64,000 bases of DNA, from the NCBI GenBank assembly GCA_905178155.1, contig CAJINV010000005.1, positions 6,373,207 through 6,437,206 of the forward strand. The letters run 5' to 3'. Below are positions 1 through 13,200 of this stretch, one piece after another. Under the pieces are notes generated by a model. That model saw only the letters and a list, made by a program, of their open reading frames with translations, had not been told where the DNA came from and searched no databases. Source of the stretch: Amoebophrya sp. A120. Lineage: Eukaryota > Protista > Dinoflagellata. Numbering within the stretch: the first letter of the stretch is position 1; every line of letters starts with the position of its first letter. The position numbers were made by a program, and so were the translations under genes.

Positions 1-1122
1 GGCTTCTCAACATGGAAAAGCAGTTCTAGTTCAAAGCTAGATTGATTTCAAAAGCGTCAACGTTGAATAGGCTGCTCTTAGATGAAGCTAAATCTTGCGG
101 TGAAGATATAGCCTGTGTGATCGGAGCTGGTGCGTGTCACAAGTTTCTTTGCGCGATTCCTTGTCTCCGTGATGTAATGTGTGCGGTTGATGTTGATGAC
201 TAGGCCTCGTCGCAGTCGTACGGACCGCCTAAAAACGTATCCTCGCAATATGAAGGTTCTCGTGCGTTTCTTTCACTCGGGTGCGCTTTCAAAGATCCTT
301 TACGTTAACGTTGCGAAAAAGATTGATAAAAATGGGGGAGTACTATGATGTGCGTGGGTTGCAACAGTGACGAATAAAAATACGCTCCACGAGTCCGATG
401 CTTCGATCGTTTCGAGTTCACCCATCCCGCGGGGGAAGGGGGAGTAAAGAAAACAAAATGCGAAAGTAAAGATGATAGAAAAGTAGTAGACATCAGCGAG
501 AATAAAAAGGTTCGATAACTTTGTCTGCTGGCAGTGAGCAAAAATCATACACAGATTATAGTTGGAGCTTGGTTATTGTAGAAATCATCTTACGTAGAAG
601 TAGGGGGTTGAGCACTTGAGGTAGAACCACATAAGTAACTACAGCGCAAAAAAAGTACAACAAGCTCCGGGCGGCTCAGTTCTTTTTCCATTGGAAGGTA
701 AACCGTCATCTCCTTCTCCCCCATCAACTACATGATCCCTACTCGAAAAATAAATAAAGTAGAGTTTACTTTTTACTCATACTCCGCACAAGGACGGTGT
801 CGAGGTCGTCGAGAGATGAGGTTTACAATAAGTAGGAAGAGCTAAAAACTTGTTTTGTACATCCTTTGCGGGCGGGAAAGTTGATGAGGACGACGCCGGG
901 TGTCCTTAACAACTTGTTTTCCACCTCTACTCGGTCATAAAGCATGTGCTTGCTCTGCCAAAAGATCAAGATTCCATGTGGACGATCCGAGTTTTCTTTC
1001 ACTTCAATGTAATGGGTAAAAGTAAATGATCTTTCAGCTTTCAGAATGCATGCATTTCTTGTAAACAAATCACCCTCCCGCAGCTGAAGGGGCGGGCATC
1101 ACGGGCTACTAGCGTTTTAATA

Positions 1123-4100
1123 CTAGGCCCACCCTTCTACTTCACCAACATGGCCATCGCTCTCCCGTAGAAGCAACTCCGCCTTTTCCACGTCCCCTCC
1201 TGATCTGCGCAAAGCTTCGAGCATTCTCCCCCGATCGGTGAAGCCCCTTTTCAGTAAAGCTTCCACCTCGCGTGCCCACCACGAGACCAAAGGTCGCTGC
1301 TGTGCGGACGGGGCGGAGGAGGAAGGTGCTTGTGCCCGCCGGTAGTCGCGCCCGACCGGTTCCGCTTTTGAAGAGGCAGATGCAGAACGACCAGATCTAC
1401 CTTTCTGTTTCCGAACGACCCTCCGGGGCAGTTCCAGTTTCTGCACCGATATGGAGCCGCCACGAGTTGTAGAAGCTTTTTCCAGGAGCACGCTGGCGGG
1501 TGGATGAGTCCTCGAAGTAAAAGATCTCGATCTACTCTTATTTTTGCCAGGTTTTTTCACCCTCCGGAGCAGACCTACTCCCGGACTCGGTCCAGGACAG
1601 GTGCCGGCGTCATACTTGCGACCATCTTCCTCGCTGCTGTCGCACATGTCGGCCCACTTGTCTTCATTTGCAGTCTGCCGAAGCTCCTGTACCTCCCATA
1701 CAGTTCGAAAGAGGTCGGGCGCCCCCGGCTCATCAGCTTGTCGCTTTTGTAATTTTGGTCGTGACCTCGCGACGGCCGGATCATGGACCGCGTCGACGTG
1801 CTGGTCGGAGTAGTAGAAGCCGGTGCTGCTGGTAGAAGTTCTCATCTTGCCTCTGTCGTTTCCGCCCTCGCTGCCCTCCTGCGGATCCTCGAGAGCCGAA
1901 CCTGCCAAGCAGAGCGGCGGCTGGTAATAGCCCTCACGGAAAAACGCGGCAACGTCTTCCTTGTTCCATCTCCGTTCGCACTGTCGTTTGAAAACCTCGT
2001 CCGGCGTTAGCCCTTTCTGCCGCATCTTTTTCAGGATTCCCGACAGCGTCGCCGGCTCCACCAGTCGGTCGCGGACGCTGTGCGCCACGGCAAGCAGCCA
2101 GTAAACCCCCTTATCCGGGTGCAACTTTTCCGCTTCCAGCGTTTCGTCCACCAATCGTTCCGCTTTCTCCACGTCGCCCGCTTTCGCATGACACCCCAGG
2201 AGCATGGTGTACGTGATCAGGTCAGGCTGCACCCCTTCTCGCTTCATTTCCTCCACCAGTGCCTGTGCCTGCACCGATGTGTCCACTGTCGCTCCCGCGT
2301 AGGCAGACATCAGTGTGTTGTACGTGACCAGGTCGCGGTTAACTTTTTTATCCGCTTTCATCCTCTCCATAATCTCTTCCGCGCCCTGAAACCACGTCTC
2401 CTGGTCGTTCTTGTGGGCGTGCATGAGGATCGCGTAGGTGAAGCCATTGGGGGCGATTTTGTTTTGCGGCATATCCACCTCAAAGACCCGATATGCGGCG
2501 GATGTATCGCCCCCCCCTGCGTAGGTATGGATTGCAAAAATGTCTGGGTCTGGAAGCTTCTAAACTTGTAATGCTGTCTCTGGATTTTAAAAGAATGTGT
2601 ATTGCATGACCAGCAAGAGCACTCCAGTTTGTGCTACGCGGAGAGGGCATTTCTGATGCGGTAGAGGCATCACAAACTCCTCTAAAAATATGTGATGCTA
2701 GGGCACGCATCACAGACATCATGGGCCATGCAAAATATGCATGACAAACCTGGCAATCTTCCAGACCCAGACATTTTTGCAGTTGATAGTAGGCGCGCAT
2801 GAGCAAATTGTAGAGGAAAACGTCGGGGGCGAGGCCATCCTTGGTCCCGATCTCGTCGAACACCGCTTGCGCGCCCTCAGCGTCCCCCCGGGCCGCGTGC
2901 ATTTTCAGCAGGATAGTATACGCGCGAAGGTCCGGCCGCACCAGGCGCCGCATTCGGTCGACCGCGGCTCTCGCACCTTGCAGTAGACTATACGCTTGCA
3001 TTTCTATTTCCGCCACCGGCTTGTCGTCCTCCACCTGCTTCCCGCGACTACGACGGCAGACAGCGTTTAGTACCTTATGCCCCCTGATGACCTCCTCCGC
3101 ATTGTTGATATTGTTGGCATAAGCATGCAGTAGCGTTCTGAGCGTGATCGCGTCCGGCTCTACACCCGTACCAACCATGTCATGCACCACCTTCTCCGCG
3201 CGCTCGACGTCGCCGGCACTGCTATGGGCCTTCAGCAGCGTTGTGTAGGTGGCAGCGTCCGGTTTCAAGCCCTCACCCTGCAGTTCCTCCAACACGCGCT
3301 CCGCACCCGCGGCGTCGCCGGCATTGCTGTGCGCCTTCATTAGCGTCGTGTAATGTGTGGTGGCCGGCTGGAACCAAGGCCTACGCTTCATGTTTTGCAG
3401 GACTCGCTCCGCACCGGCGGCGTTGCCGGCCTCGGCGTAATATCCTGAGTAAAAACGTACCCACACCAGAGTCAGGATGGGGATTTTGCAACACAAACCT
3501 AGGAGTTTTGTGAGTCACGCATCACAAGTTGCACTATGCAGTGTAGTGCAGGTTAGCAAGTGCAGCCGCGTCACAGATTCATCTGCTCATCCTGTTCACA
3601 GCATCACAAATTCCAAAACACGATTGGAAATGGCTCTCATGGGGATGCGCATTACAAGTCTTCCTGTCTTTGCAAATCTGCATTACAACTCTGGTGTGGG
3701 TACGTTTTTACTCAGGATACGTAAGCCTCCAAAAGCGTTCTGTACGTGGACAGCAGAAATCTGCGGGAGAAGTCGTCCCCCTTTATTTCATTATCCACTG
3801 CAAATATGTCTGGGTGTGGAAAGTTGGAACTCGCAATGCTAGCTTTCCATTGCTAGGATTAGGAAATCTGTATTGCATATATAACCAACAAAAGCCGCAG
3901 CCTCTTTTGTCATCCGAAAACGCAGTGTCTCATGCGGGGTTCCTATCCGAAAGCGCTCTGGAAAGTTGTCATGCTGGGCTGCATCCGGAACTGTTTCCAT
4001 CATACACATTTTCGCATCACAAATTTCCAGACCCAGACATAGACATATTTGCAATTCATATTTATCTTGTGTCAACAACTCCGGGTCGTGCGGCTCGATT

Positions 4101-5546
4101 TTTTCTGTTACGACTTTTTGCGCGCACGTGATCTCTCCCGCAACAAGGTACGCCTTCACGAGAGTCAAGTAGGTGACCATGGTGGGCTTCAATCCTGTCT
4201 GGTGGTCCCCACTGGGGTCATCCTTCAGTTCGGCCAGGAGCGCCTCAACTTTTCCCACTTCGCCTCGCCTTGCGTACGCGCCCATCAGTGTGTTATACGT
4301 GTAAACGTCACGACGGATTCCTCTTCTATCGTTTTATCAAAGGGAAAAATCCCCCCTCCCCATAACTAAACGAAGTTTCTGATGCTGGATTTGCGTACAC
4401 AAATCAGGTCTGTTTTGCTGGAGAGGACTGCAGGCATATGCTAAGCCTGGGTCGAGAGGTTTTGACGTAGGGGACTAGCATGACAGATGTCGGCTCTGTA
4501 AGCCCAACAGCATCACAAACCACCGGCATAATGCGGCGGACTCTCTGGCTTTGCCTTCCCGCAAGACAGATAGGATTTGTGACCTCAAATCTGCATCACA
4601 AATTTTCAGACGAATACGTTTTCAATATGGGGAGGGGGGATTTTTCCTCTCAATACGTTTTGCATCCTTCTCAGTACTTCTTCCGCTTCCGATATCGCAC
4701 GAAAAAAGTGTTACAGTTACACATTTGTTGTCAATTCAGCAACACAAATTTCTTTGCATGAGAGAGAAAACTTGCAATGCAGAAATCCTACGGGAAAACA
4801 CCTATGAAACGAAGCTCCTATGCATATCCGGCATGACAGAGCTGGTCTGTCGTGCTTGGCCTGCAACACAATGTGTAACTGTGACACTTTTTTCTTGCGA
4901 TATCCGAAGCCTGGTCTGCGGCCGCGTACACGGTCAGCAGGCTGTTGTACAGCCGACGCAGGTTGCCCTTGCTTAGGAAAAATATGTGCGCGACTTTGAA
5001 AATAGCCTCGGCCGCGGCCGGGTTGGCCATAAGCTTCGCCTGTTCCATTTGCGCCTTCACAGGTCGCCACGGGTCGTCGTTCGCTGCCTCCTGCAAAGCA
5101 TGCTCAAGAGCATCCTCAGACAACAACTCCACCTGCTCTCGTCCTCCTCCTCCAGCCGCCCTACGACTACCACTCCTACGGCTGCTTCCGTTATTGTTCC
5201 CTTTCCCCGGCAGAAGGTGGTCTTGCTTCGTCCCTTTACCGCCCCCGCCCTTGGTCGACGTCGTGTTTCGACCCTTGACATTACTCCCCTTAGTACTTCC
5301 TCTCCCCGGAGGACCGGTCCCCCCCAAGAAGCCGCGCGCGCTTTTGAAGTCCTCCGACGTAGGTGCGAACATGTTGAGCCTGAGAGCTGCGACGCCCGTA
5401 GGTGGCACTGTCACGTTTGGCGGCGCAGTCAGTACATGATCAACACAGGGAAAAAACAAATCACGAACCAAAAAAACCCCGAAACCAACCAGACCTGGGC
5501 CAACAGGCAAGGCGCGGCGCGTTGCCATTGACGAGGAGACGCGCAT
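1123..5546 (-). CDS. Pentatricopeptide repeat (PPR) protein with C-terminal UBA-like domain; 6 exons split by 5 introner elements
   Basis: Many PPR-like 35-aa motifs (PDLITYTMLLGCHAKAGDVEKAE, PDAATYTTLLKAHSSAGDVERAE, RDLVTYNTLMSAYA). Removing 5 elements plus one TSD each gives a continuous frame (LMRAY|AGGGDT, LLEAY|AEAGN, MQND|RRGIRRDVYTYNTLMGAY). Start at first ATG (5546) is tentative. Confidence 0.88.
2526..2788. mobile_element. Introner family A (non-canonical intron)
   Basis: TIR TATGGATTGCAAAAATGTCTGGGTCTGGAAG / CTTCCAGACCCAGACATTTTTGCAGTTGATA; TSD GTAGG; frame restored. Confidence 0.93.
3441..3719. mobile_element. Introner family B
   Basis: Perfect TIR TATCCTGAGTAAAAACGTACCCACACCAGAGT; TSD CGTAA; frame restored. 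Confidence 0.93.
3792..4060. mobile_element. Introner family A
   Basis: Family A TIRs; TSD TTCAT/TTTAT; frame restored. Confidence 0.88.
4335..4655. mobile_element. Introner family C
   Basis: TIR TATCAAAGGGAAAAATCCCCCCTCCCCATA / TATGGGGAGGGGGGATTTTTCCTCTCAATA; TSD CGTTT; frame restored. Confidence 0.92.
4693..4902. mobile_element. Introner family D
   Basis: TIR TATCGCACGAAAAAAGTGTTACAGTTACACA; TSD TCCGA; frame restored. Confidence 0.92.
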
Positions 5547-7205
5547 TCTTGTTTTGCTTTTTCCTTTCCGATTCCGTTTCGAGTCCAAAAATAAAGAAAT
5601 AGAAAATAGAACTGACGCAAAAGATAGCTTAGAGTTCTTGTAGATGAATCTTTTTCGCCTTGATACAGATCAAGCGGAGTGGAGAGTGAGAAAATTGATT
5701 ATGATTGTAGTTGTGTTGTATATTTTTCCACCACATAAACCAATTGAGGGCTGCCTCATCCACCTCTCCGCAGTAAAATTTCGATGATTTATAGACTTTA
5801 GTTTCGCAACAAGATTGATTCAGACAGAAGTTTTCGCCGTGGTCATACAACGAACTACACCAAAAGAGATACACTTTGCACGATTTTTATTTTTTCCGAG
5901 CGGATACTAGTAGTAAGACAAACAGTTTTCGTTGTAACAACGTCGACAAGGTTTATAATCCAAGGACTTCGCAGAGGTTCAAAATATTGTAACTTTGATC
6001 CTTAACGACCTGTTCGATTTTTATACAATGCACGGACAACATCTTTCGAGAAGTAGTAGTTGCGGAAATTCATGAAACCAGCAAGTTGTGAGTGACATAG
6101 CATGCTCCGACCACTTTCACCGATGAAACAGAATTTAGATTTACCATCAAGGAATTCCAATGATTCTTCCAAGGCTAGTATTATTTTTTGAAGATTTAGT
6201 AGATCTTTGCACCGTTCTTGTTCTATTCGGAAAAATTAAAATACCTTGGGATCTTGCATCAAGTAGATGACCTTGACGTTGACCATTTACGGTGCGAAAA
6301 CAACCAATTATTTAGATGACCATGGGATCTTGCATCGAGTAGATGAGTGATGACCTTGTTGTTGACGTTGACCATTTAAATTTATTCTCATTGTGTGAAA
6401 ACAATAATCCCCTGCGAAATGAACAAACCGACTCAGTGTTCTATCTTCTTGAGAGCAACAACCGATACATTCATAATCGAACTTGAACTTCTGTACTCGT
6501 TTATTTTGACCTCCTGGCTCCTTCCAAGCGGAAGAACGGTTCGGTCGTTCTCGGGGTGCTTCTTGATCTACTTCATGGCATCTAAGTATACATATTTTCA
6601 AAAGCAAAAGTGTCGGGTCAACATGTGCAGCTGCCTCCACGGGGGGCCATGACAACGGTGCAAACAGGTAGTTGCCAGAAGCGCTGCAACAACGCTCGTG
6701 CGTGCACGAACATTCGAAAGATGCGGACGAGATGTTGGATTAGGCGCTTCGCCTCCTGCTCCTTCAAAGGGGTAACTAGTACAGGCAAGCAGTGTATACA
6801 ACTATTTATCGCATTTGTGGGCATCAAGCAGTAAATGTAAATGATCGCAAGCACAACAAGCTATGTGTAGTATGTAGAACGAGAAGGAGAACCTGAACCT
6901 CGCTTGTTTTTGTTAGCATTAAAAAAAAAATAAGAAGCCATCAAACGCGGCGAAACAAGAACGGTTGATTCCCTACAGCTGCAGGGCTCTCCATCTGCTA
7001 CTGCTTTCTCTATCTGCCAAAAATAAATAGGAAGGTATTACTATCGTACATATGTCAATAAAATTCAAATTCAAAGTGATAGTGAAACTCATGCGGTGCA
7101 TGAGCAAGATCGTTGTGGACCTCTACTGCCCGGACCCTTGCTGGCGATAGTCCTCGTCCCGGCGAAAAAAACGACCTCACTACTCCCACCTCCGCGCAGT
7201 GCAAA

Positions 7206-10200
7206 CTAAGTACCGGGCTGCAACAGGAAGGAGTTCATCCGCGCAGGAGTCCCTGTCCCCTCGAAGACGACCTCCCGAGGACTCCGGTCCCTTCCCCGCA
7301 TGGCCGCGTTGTGTTCCGCAATCAGGTTCAAAAATGTATTTGACGGCGGCCCGCGATACAGAACGGGATAATGATGTTGCTCTTGATGTTTCGGGAGATC
7401 TTGTTGAACATCTCCGGCTAGTGTTCCTGCTGCACCGGCAGGAGCACCATAACTTCCCGTAGTTGCGTTCACCACACGATTGATTGTGGGCTGATTGTTG
7501 TGGTGCAACTGGTGGGGAAGGTGAATCACTTGCGGAGATTCCCGCTCTTGTTCTAGTAGTCCACTAGCAGGAGCACCTCCACAGCTCGGAGAAAATATCA
7601 CGCAAGATTTTTGGGACGGCGGGGGCCCGCTCCTGGCAGAGGACGGTAAGAACCTTCCCGGGACAACTGCTGGTCCCTTCGGGCTTCGGCTCCGACTCTT
7701 CGCGCGCTTGATGTTGAATTCTGTTGTTGACTCCAAAATGTTATCACCATTTTTAATACCGCCGGGGCTTCTACTTCTTCTACTTCCTGCAAGTAGAACA
7801 GCTCTTGCACCGGAGGGGGAAGACCTACTTCGTGTTCGTAGGTGAGAACTGGCACTACTTTCATCTATCCTGTTCCCAGTTGGCGACACGAAACGCGTCG
7901 AAGTACTGGCGCGGGGAGAACTTCTCGTCGCGAGTTGTGAAAATTTCTGTTCCCACATTTTCTCCTGCTCCTGGAGCTTTTGCTGCCATACGGTTTCTGA
8001 CTCGAGACGCCGGGCCTGATCAGGTGGAGAAGATAATTGAATCACATTTTTCGGTGGATGAAGATGAATTTATGTGTACACCCTCTGTTGAAGACGCGAC
8101 ATGCTGCACCCGTTCACTTGGTATGTAAGAGTTTGAAACTATATGAAAATTTCCCAAAAAATCACAAGCAACTTCCAAAGTACCTCCGCCGCCTCCTCCA
8201 GTTCCCGCATCTTCTCCTTCATTTGTTCGTCGAAAGCTCCCGCATTTCGCGCGTCCTCCTCCGCAATTCGCTTTTTGAACATGCTTATGGATTGCAAAAA
8301 TGACTGGGTCTGGAAGATTGCAACTTGTCATGCTAAATCCGACTCATGCAAAAATCTGTGTTGCATGAGTACCAAAAGCTGTCCACTTTCGACCAAGTTG
8401 GGAGGGAGAATCTCATGCAGGATAGGCATGAAAGAAACCTCAGAGACTCTGTCATGCTAGGTCCCGCATGCCAGACCTCAACCTCAAGGGTCATGGAAAA
8501 CCTGCATGACAAGTTCACACTCTTCCAGACCCAGACATTTTTGCATTTGATAATGCTCATCAACGCGTTGAGCTCCGTCTCGTGCTCCGCTTTCAATTTT
8601 TTCACTTGCTCCTGTAATTCCCAATTTTCCCGTTGTAGCGAGTTTGCTCTGCGACCGTGTCTGTCCAAATTCCGCTCCAGGTCCTGATACGCAGAAATCG
8701 CGTCTTGCTTTTCCTCCAGAGCCTTTTTCACAAACAGGTCCCGCTCTTCCTCAAATTTCCTGCGCAGCTCCGGAATTTGTTTTTCCTCCAGAATTTCCTT
8801 CTCCCTCAGCCACTGTTTCTTCTCCTTGGCCAGAAAATCCCGTTCGGAACCTAACTTCGCGTTCTCTGCCGCATGGAATTTCACCTTTTCAGTTAACTGA
8901 TTCACCTCGTTTTTCATGGAGTCACACACCTGTGTGAATTCCCTCGCTTCGGTGTCGTTCTGGTCGCTGAGCTGCTTGCATTTCAAATTCAATTCCCGCA
9001 GCTCGATCTCCTTCAAGTAGTCTAATTCACTTTTTGTCTGTTCCAAGCAGTCCGCAGTCTTGTTGAGAAGCGTTGTTTTCTCTTCCAAGTCTTTCTCCAT
9101 CAATTTGTATTTTTTCTTCATCTCAATGTTCTCTTCCAAATACTGTTTGCTATCCCGTTTCTATCGTGAGAAAAAAGTGCTACAGTTACTTACACACTCT
9201 GATGGAAGACAAGCAAGACAGACAACCTCTGTCATGCAGGAAATGCTTGCCTGTCTCGGTTCGTGCGTTCTCTTATAGTCTGCGCATTACAAGTTTTCTT
9301 TGCCATGTCGAGCGAATTTATCATGCTGAAATTCCATAGCAAATGTGTAACTGCAACCCTTTTTTCCTGTGATAGTATCGCCTTTTTCCGTTGGTGGATC
9401 AGTTCCCGCATCTGATCTTGCAAGTCCAGGATGAATTTCTTCTGGAAATGCTGATTGCGGGAGTCGGAAAGCTCGGAGAGGTACTGGTAATTCGGCTCTG
9501 GTGGTGGTGGATGTTGATGTGCGAGCGAATGTTGAAACTGCTCTCGTCCACCACCTCGCGGGGGAGTCGTATTTTTCACATTTTTACCTCCAAATCTACT
9601 TCTTATCAACAACTCTGGAGAACAAGTTTTTCGCCGGCGGCTGGGTGATGTTACGGCGCTATTAGAGTTTATTTCACCGTTTCTTCCAAATTCGAGGCCT
9701 CCTTGCAGCTGGGTAGAAGAAGTGTTCCCTGGGCTGATTCCCCGTCTAGTAGTAGTTGTGCGACTTGTTCTGTTCCAATTGGTGCGCGCATCAACATGTT
9801 GTCCTTGTCCTGGCGACAGAGATGAAAGTGGAAAGGGCAACCGAAATTGATTCGTGTCGTTCTTCCTTGAAACTAGAGCCGTTTTCTTTTCATCAGTATG
9901 AAGTAGATCATTATCCGGCGGTGGCGTTCGGTCGGAAATCCCGGATTTTGCGGACAGTTTGACGCTTTTACTCAAAAAAACCCGGCTCTGGGTCGAATCG
10001 AGCACAAAATCTGCTGCTGCTGCACCAGCAGCTCCCGTAAAGCTAGACCCACCGCCCGTCTGCGTATTCATTTTCTGAGCAACGTCCGTTCGCGATTGAT
10101 CGTGTTCCGCCAGCGCGTTCCTTGGCGACTTCGCACCACGAGATGGAGTTCTTGTAGTAGATGAGAAACTTCTACAATTCGGCACCCCAAACGTCGGCGG

Positions 10201-13200
10201 CAAGGGAGACAGCTTGCGCTGCCCGATTAATTCGAAAGTTTTTTCGTCGTTCCTCTCCTTCACTACCTGCGCAGGAACGCGGCCGCCGCCAAAGTTTTCG
10301 TTTGTTGTTTGAAGAATACCGGTCTTGGGCTGGTCCTCGTGGAGGTTTTCGTCTAGTGCGTCTACAACTTCTGGTGCTCTTGCTCCTCGGGTAGTTGTAC
10401 TCAAAATTTTTGAAGAACTCGCATTCTTAATGTTCTTGGCTGCAGATGACCCGATGTTGAAACCAGGATTGTTCTGTCCATCGCACATGTTGAAAATGTC
10501 GAGGTCAAATTTGAAACGTGAGGAGCCCGTCTCTGCTGCTTGAAAAATATTTCCAAAGGCAGAAGAACTCGTGCTTGTCGCCTTTTCCGGATTATTCGGC
10601 GGAGGGGTTAGCACAACGGCTCTACTGCTTTTTATCTTCGTCGCAGAAACGGAAGTAGAACCTGCACCTCCACTACTGCCAATTGTACCCCCACCCCTGC
10701 TCGACGACGCCCGCGGTGTCCATTGCGCCTTTGACGAGTCTTGTTTCACCCGTGTCCCATTCGCCTCCTCGGCGTTTGTTTGGTACTTTCGCAACAAAGA
10801 GGATTTCGTTTGCGGGATGTGCACCGCGGTGGCGAGCATTTTGCACACGGATTCTTGCTGCGAAACTTTCCTGGTAGCAGCCGCCGTCGTCGTGTTCGTG
10901 GAAGAAGCGCGTCGGGGCGTGGTCTGTGGCGTGGAAGCGGAGAGGGCGTCGAAAGTAGGAAGCGGTGGGAAATGTTGTTGGCCTCCGACTAGCCCCTTAT
11001 TCATTTCATCGTCCTGAACAAAGACAGTGGCTCCATGATTCCCCACCTGTTCTTGCTGCTCCCGTTTCCAAACTTCCAGCTGTTTCCTCAGCAGCAATTG
11101 CTTCTTCCCCGTAGTGCGGGTCAGCGTGTTGGGCGTCGTGTGCAAGGCGTGCGGATCTCTTCTCCTGGAAGAGTTAGAACTGGTACAACTCCGAGCGCTG
11201 CCACTACGTTCTTTCGACGAGCTGGTGGATGCAAGTCTACCTCCGTGGTTGAGCTTCACCGGACTTTGACTATGACTTTCACCGCCACGCATCACAAGTT
11301 GGTTGTTGATCTTCGCAATCTGGACAGGGGCTGGAGCGGCCTGGTTCAGAATCTTACTCGTCGTGGCCCCTATTTTCATCCCGTTTGAAGATGCAGCTCC
11401 GTCAAGACCCTCTACACCCTCGAAGTCGTCCACCTCTGGATTCAAAATCACCTCCGCAGTTGTCGCAGAGGAAGAGGACGAAAGTTCGTCCTCGTGAAAA
11501 GGCAAGGAAAGAACGCCAACGCCCCCTCCTACTGCTCTATTAACAACACCAGCACCTGGACGAGGCTGTGCTTGCGTGAAAACTGCTTGTGAAGATCCTG
11601 GCTCTACTACTTCGCTTGCCCCTGAAGTGGTCCTCCTCCGGATATTATCTGTTTCGCTGTTCTTGTTCGACGAACCAGCACTACCCGCACCCGGGGGGTA
11701 GAATTGAAACGTGGGGAGGTGCTGATGAACGAAGCTATTCACTCGACCAGCATCGACAAACGCCGATGGCTTTTTCAAATTCTTGTTTGGAGTTGATGAA
11801 CTTGGTCCTCCGCTGGTGTCAAGAACTACAGGAGTCTTCGTTTCATGATCTTGATTCCCGGTCGTCATCCCTTCAGGAGGAACAATAATCGTGCCGAAAG
11901 ACGGGACGCGGTTGGGGGAAGAGATAACATCGTGCTCCAGGTTCTTGCGCGCAGCGCTACGCGGTGCTGCTGCAGCTGCTGAGTGGTCGTGGTCCATGTC
12001 CACGTTAGTACTGTACGCACACGAATTACTGCTAGAAGTGCCGGAAGATATCGTGGCACGACGACCACTTGATGCGCTACCATTGTTCTCCGCAGATGAG
12101 TTGCTGGACGAGGCTGCCGAAGTAGAGAGCGCGTCAGCGGCGGTTGTCGTTGCGGTGCCACTCACCAAGTCGAAAAGCTGCTGTTGTGCCACCTTGTCCT
12201 GGGTTTGATTTGCATTTGTGTTTGTCTTGCCAGTTTCTAACATGACAGCTGCCTGCTGTTCAAAACAAACTTCGTCCACCGCTGATGAGGAGACGGAACT
12301 GTATGAAAGTGCACAACTCGTCCCCCTCCCCCTCATTTGTCATGCATACCCGACTGCACCACATCGAAAACCTTTGCACCGTCGCCGCAAGCAGCTACGG
12401 CCGCAGGAGATCTAGGGTCAGAACCCTCATTTGTCATGCAAAATTCCAAATCCACCATTTGCCTGTTGGCACTGTTTGCATGACAGATTCCGGAATCCAA
12501 AACAGCACTGCAATCCCCTAGGAATTTGTCATGCAAAAAATGCATCTTTGCCAGCGCTTGCGTTGCTATTCATGCAACACAAATGAGGGGGAGGGAGAGT
12601 TGTGCACTCTCATAAACTGGGCGGACCGTGCACAACTATCCGGTACCGTTCCTTGTACCGCTTTAAAATCTCTTCCTTCTGCTTCTCCAACTCCTGTAAA
12701 GACTTTGTTCCGCGTGACGAAGAACTGGAAAGCCTTGATGTCGACGATTTATTGATATTCCTCGAGGGGGCTCCTGCAGTGACAGTATCTTTCTTCCTTA
12801 CCGATGAACATGATGTTGAAGACGCGCCTCCGTGAAGAACCAGCTGCTCCTCTTTCTGCAGTGCCTGGATCTCCTTATTCACGCTGAGGAGCTTCTGTTG
12901 CAGCTGTTCGAAGGTTAAGGAAGGTGAAGTTTTTGCACTAGTAGCCGCAACATCTACAACTTCCAATTCCTCTGGTCGTGGATCCAAACACCCCGTAACG
13001 ACGCGCGACGAGGAAGATGTAGAAGTCTTTAACATTGTGCTTCTTGAACAAGCGGGCGACGCTGGAGATTCTTCTTCCCCTGCAGATGATGAAATTGAAA
13101 CACCTTGAGGTGGAGCTTCTCCTGCTAGTTCTGAATCAACAGAAATTCGTCCACAACCACCTGGGGCCGCTGTATTGGTCGTGCCAGCAGGTGGTGGTCC

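Noticed and set aside
6247-6380. Short imperfect duplication GGATCTTGCATC..GACGTTGACCATTTA
   Set aside because: Real but an ordinary local duplication; no further structure, and nearby short ORFs are unsupported.
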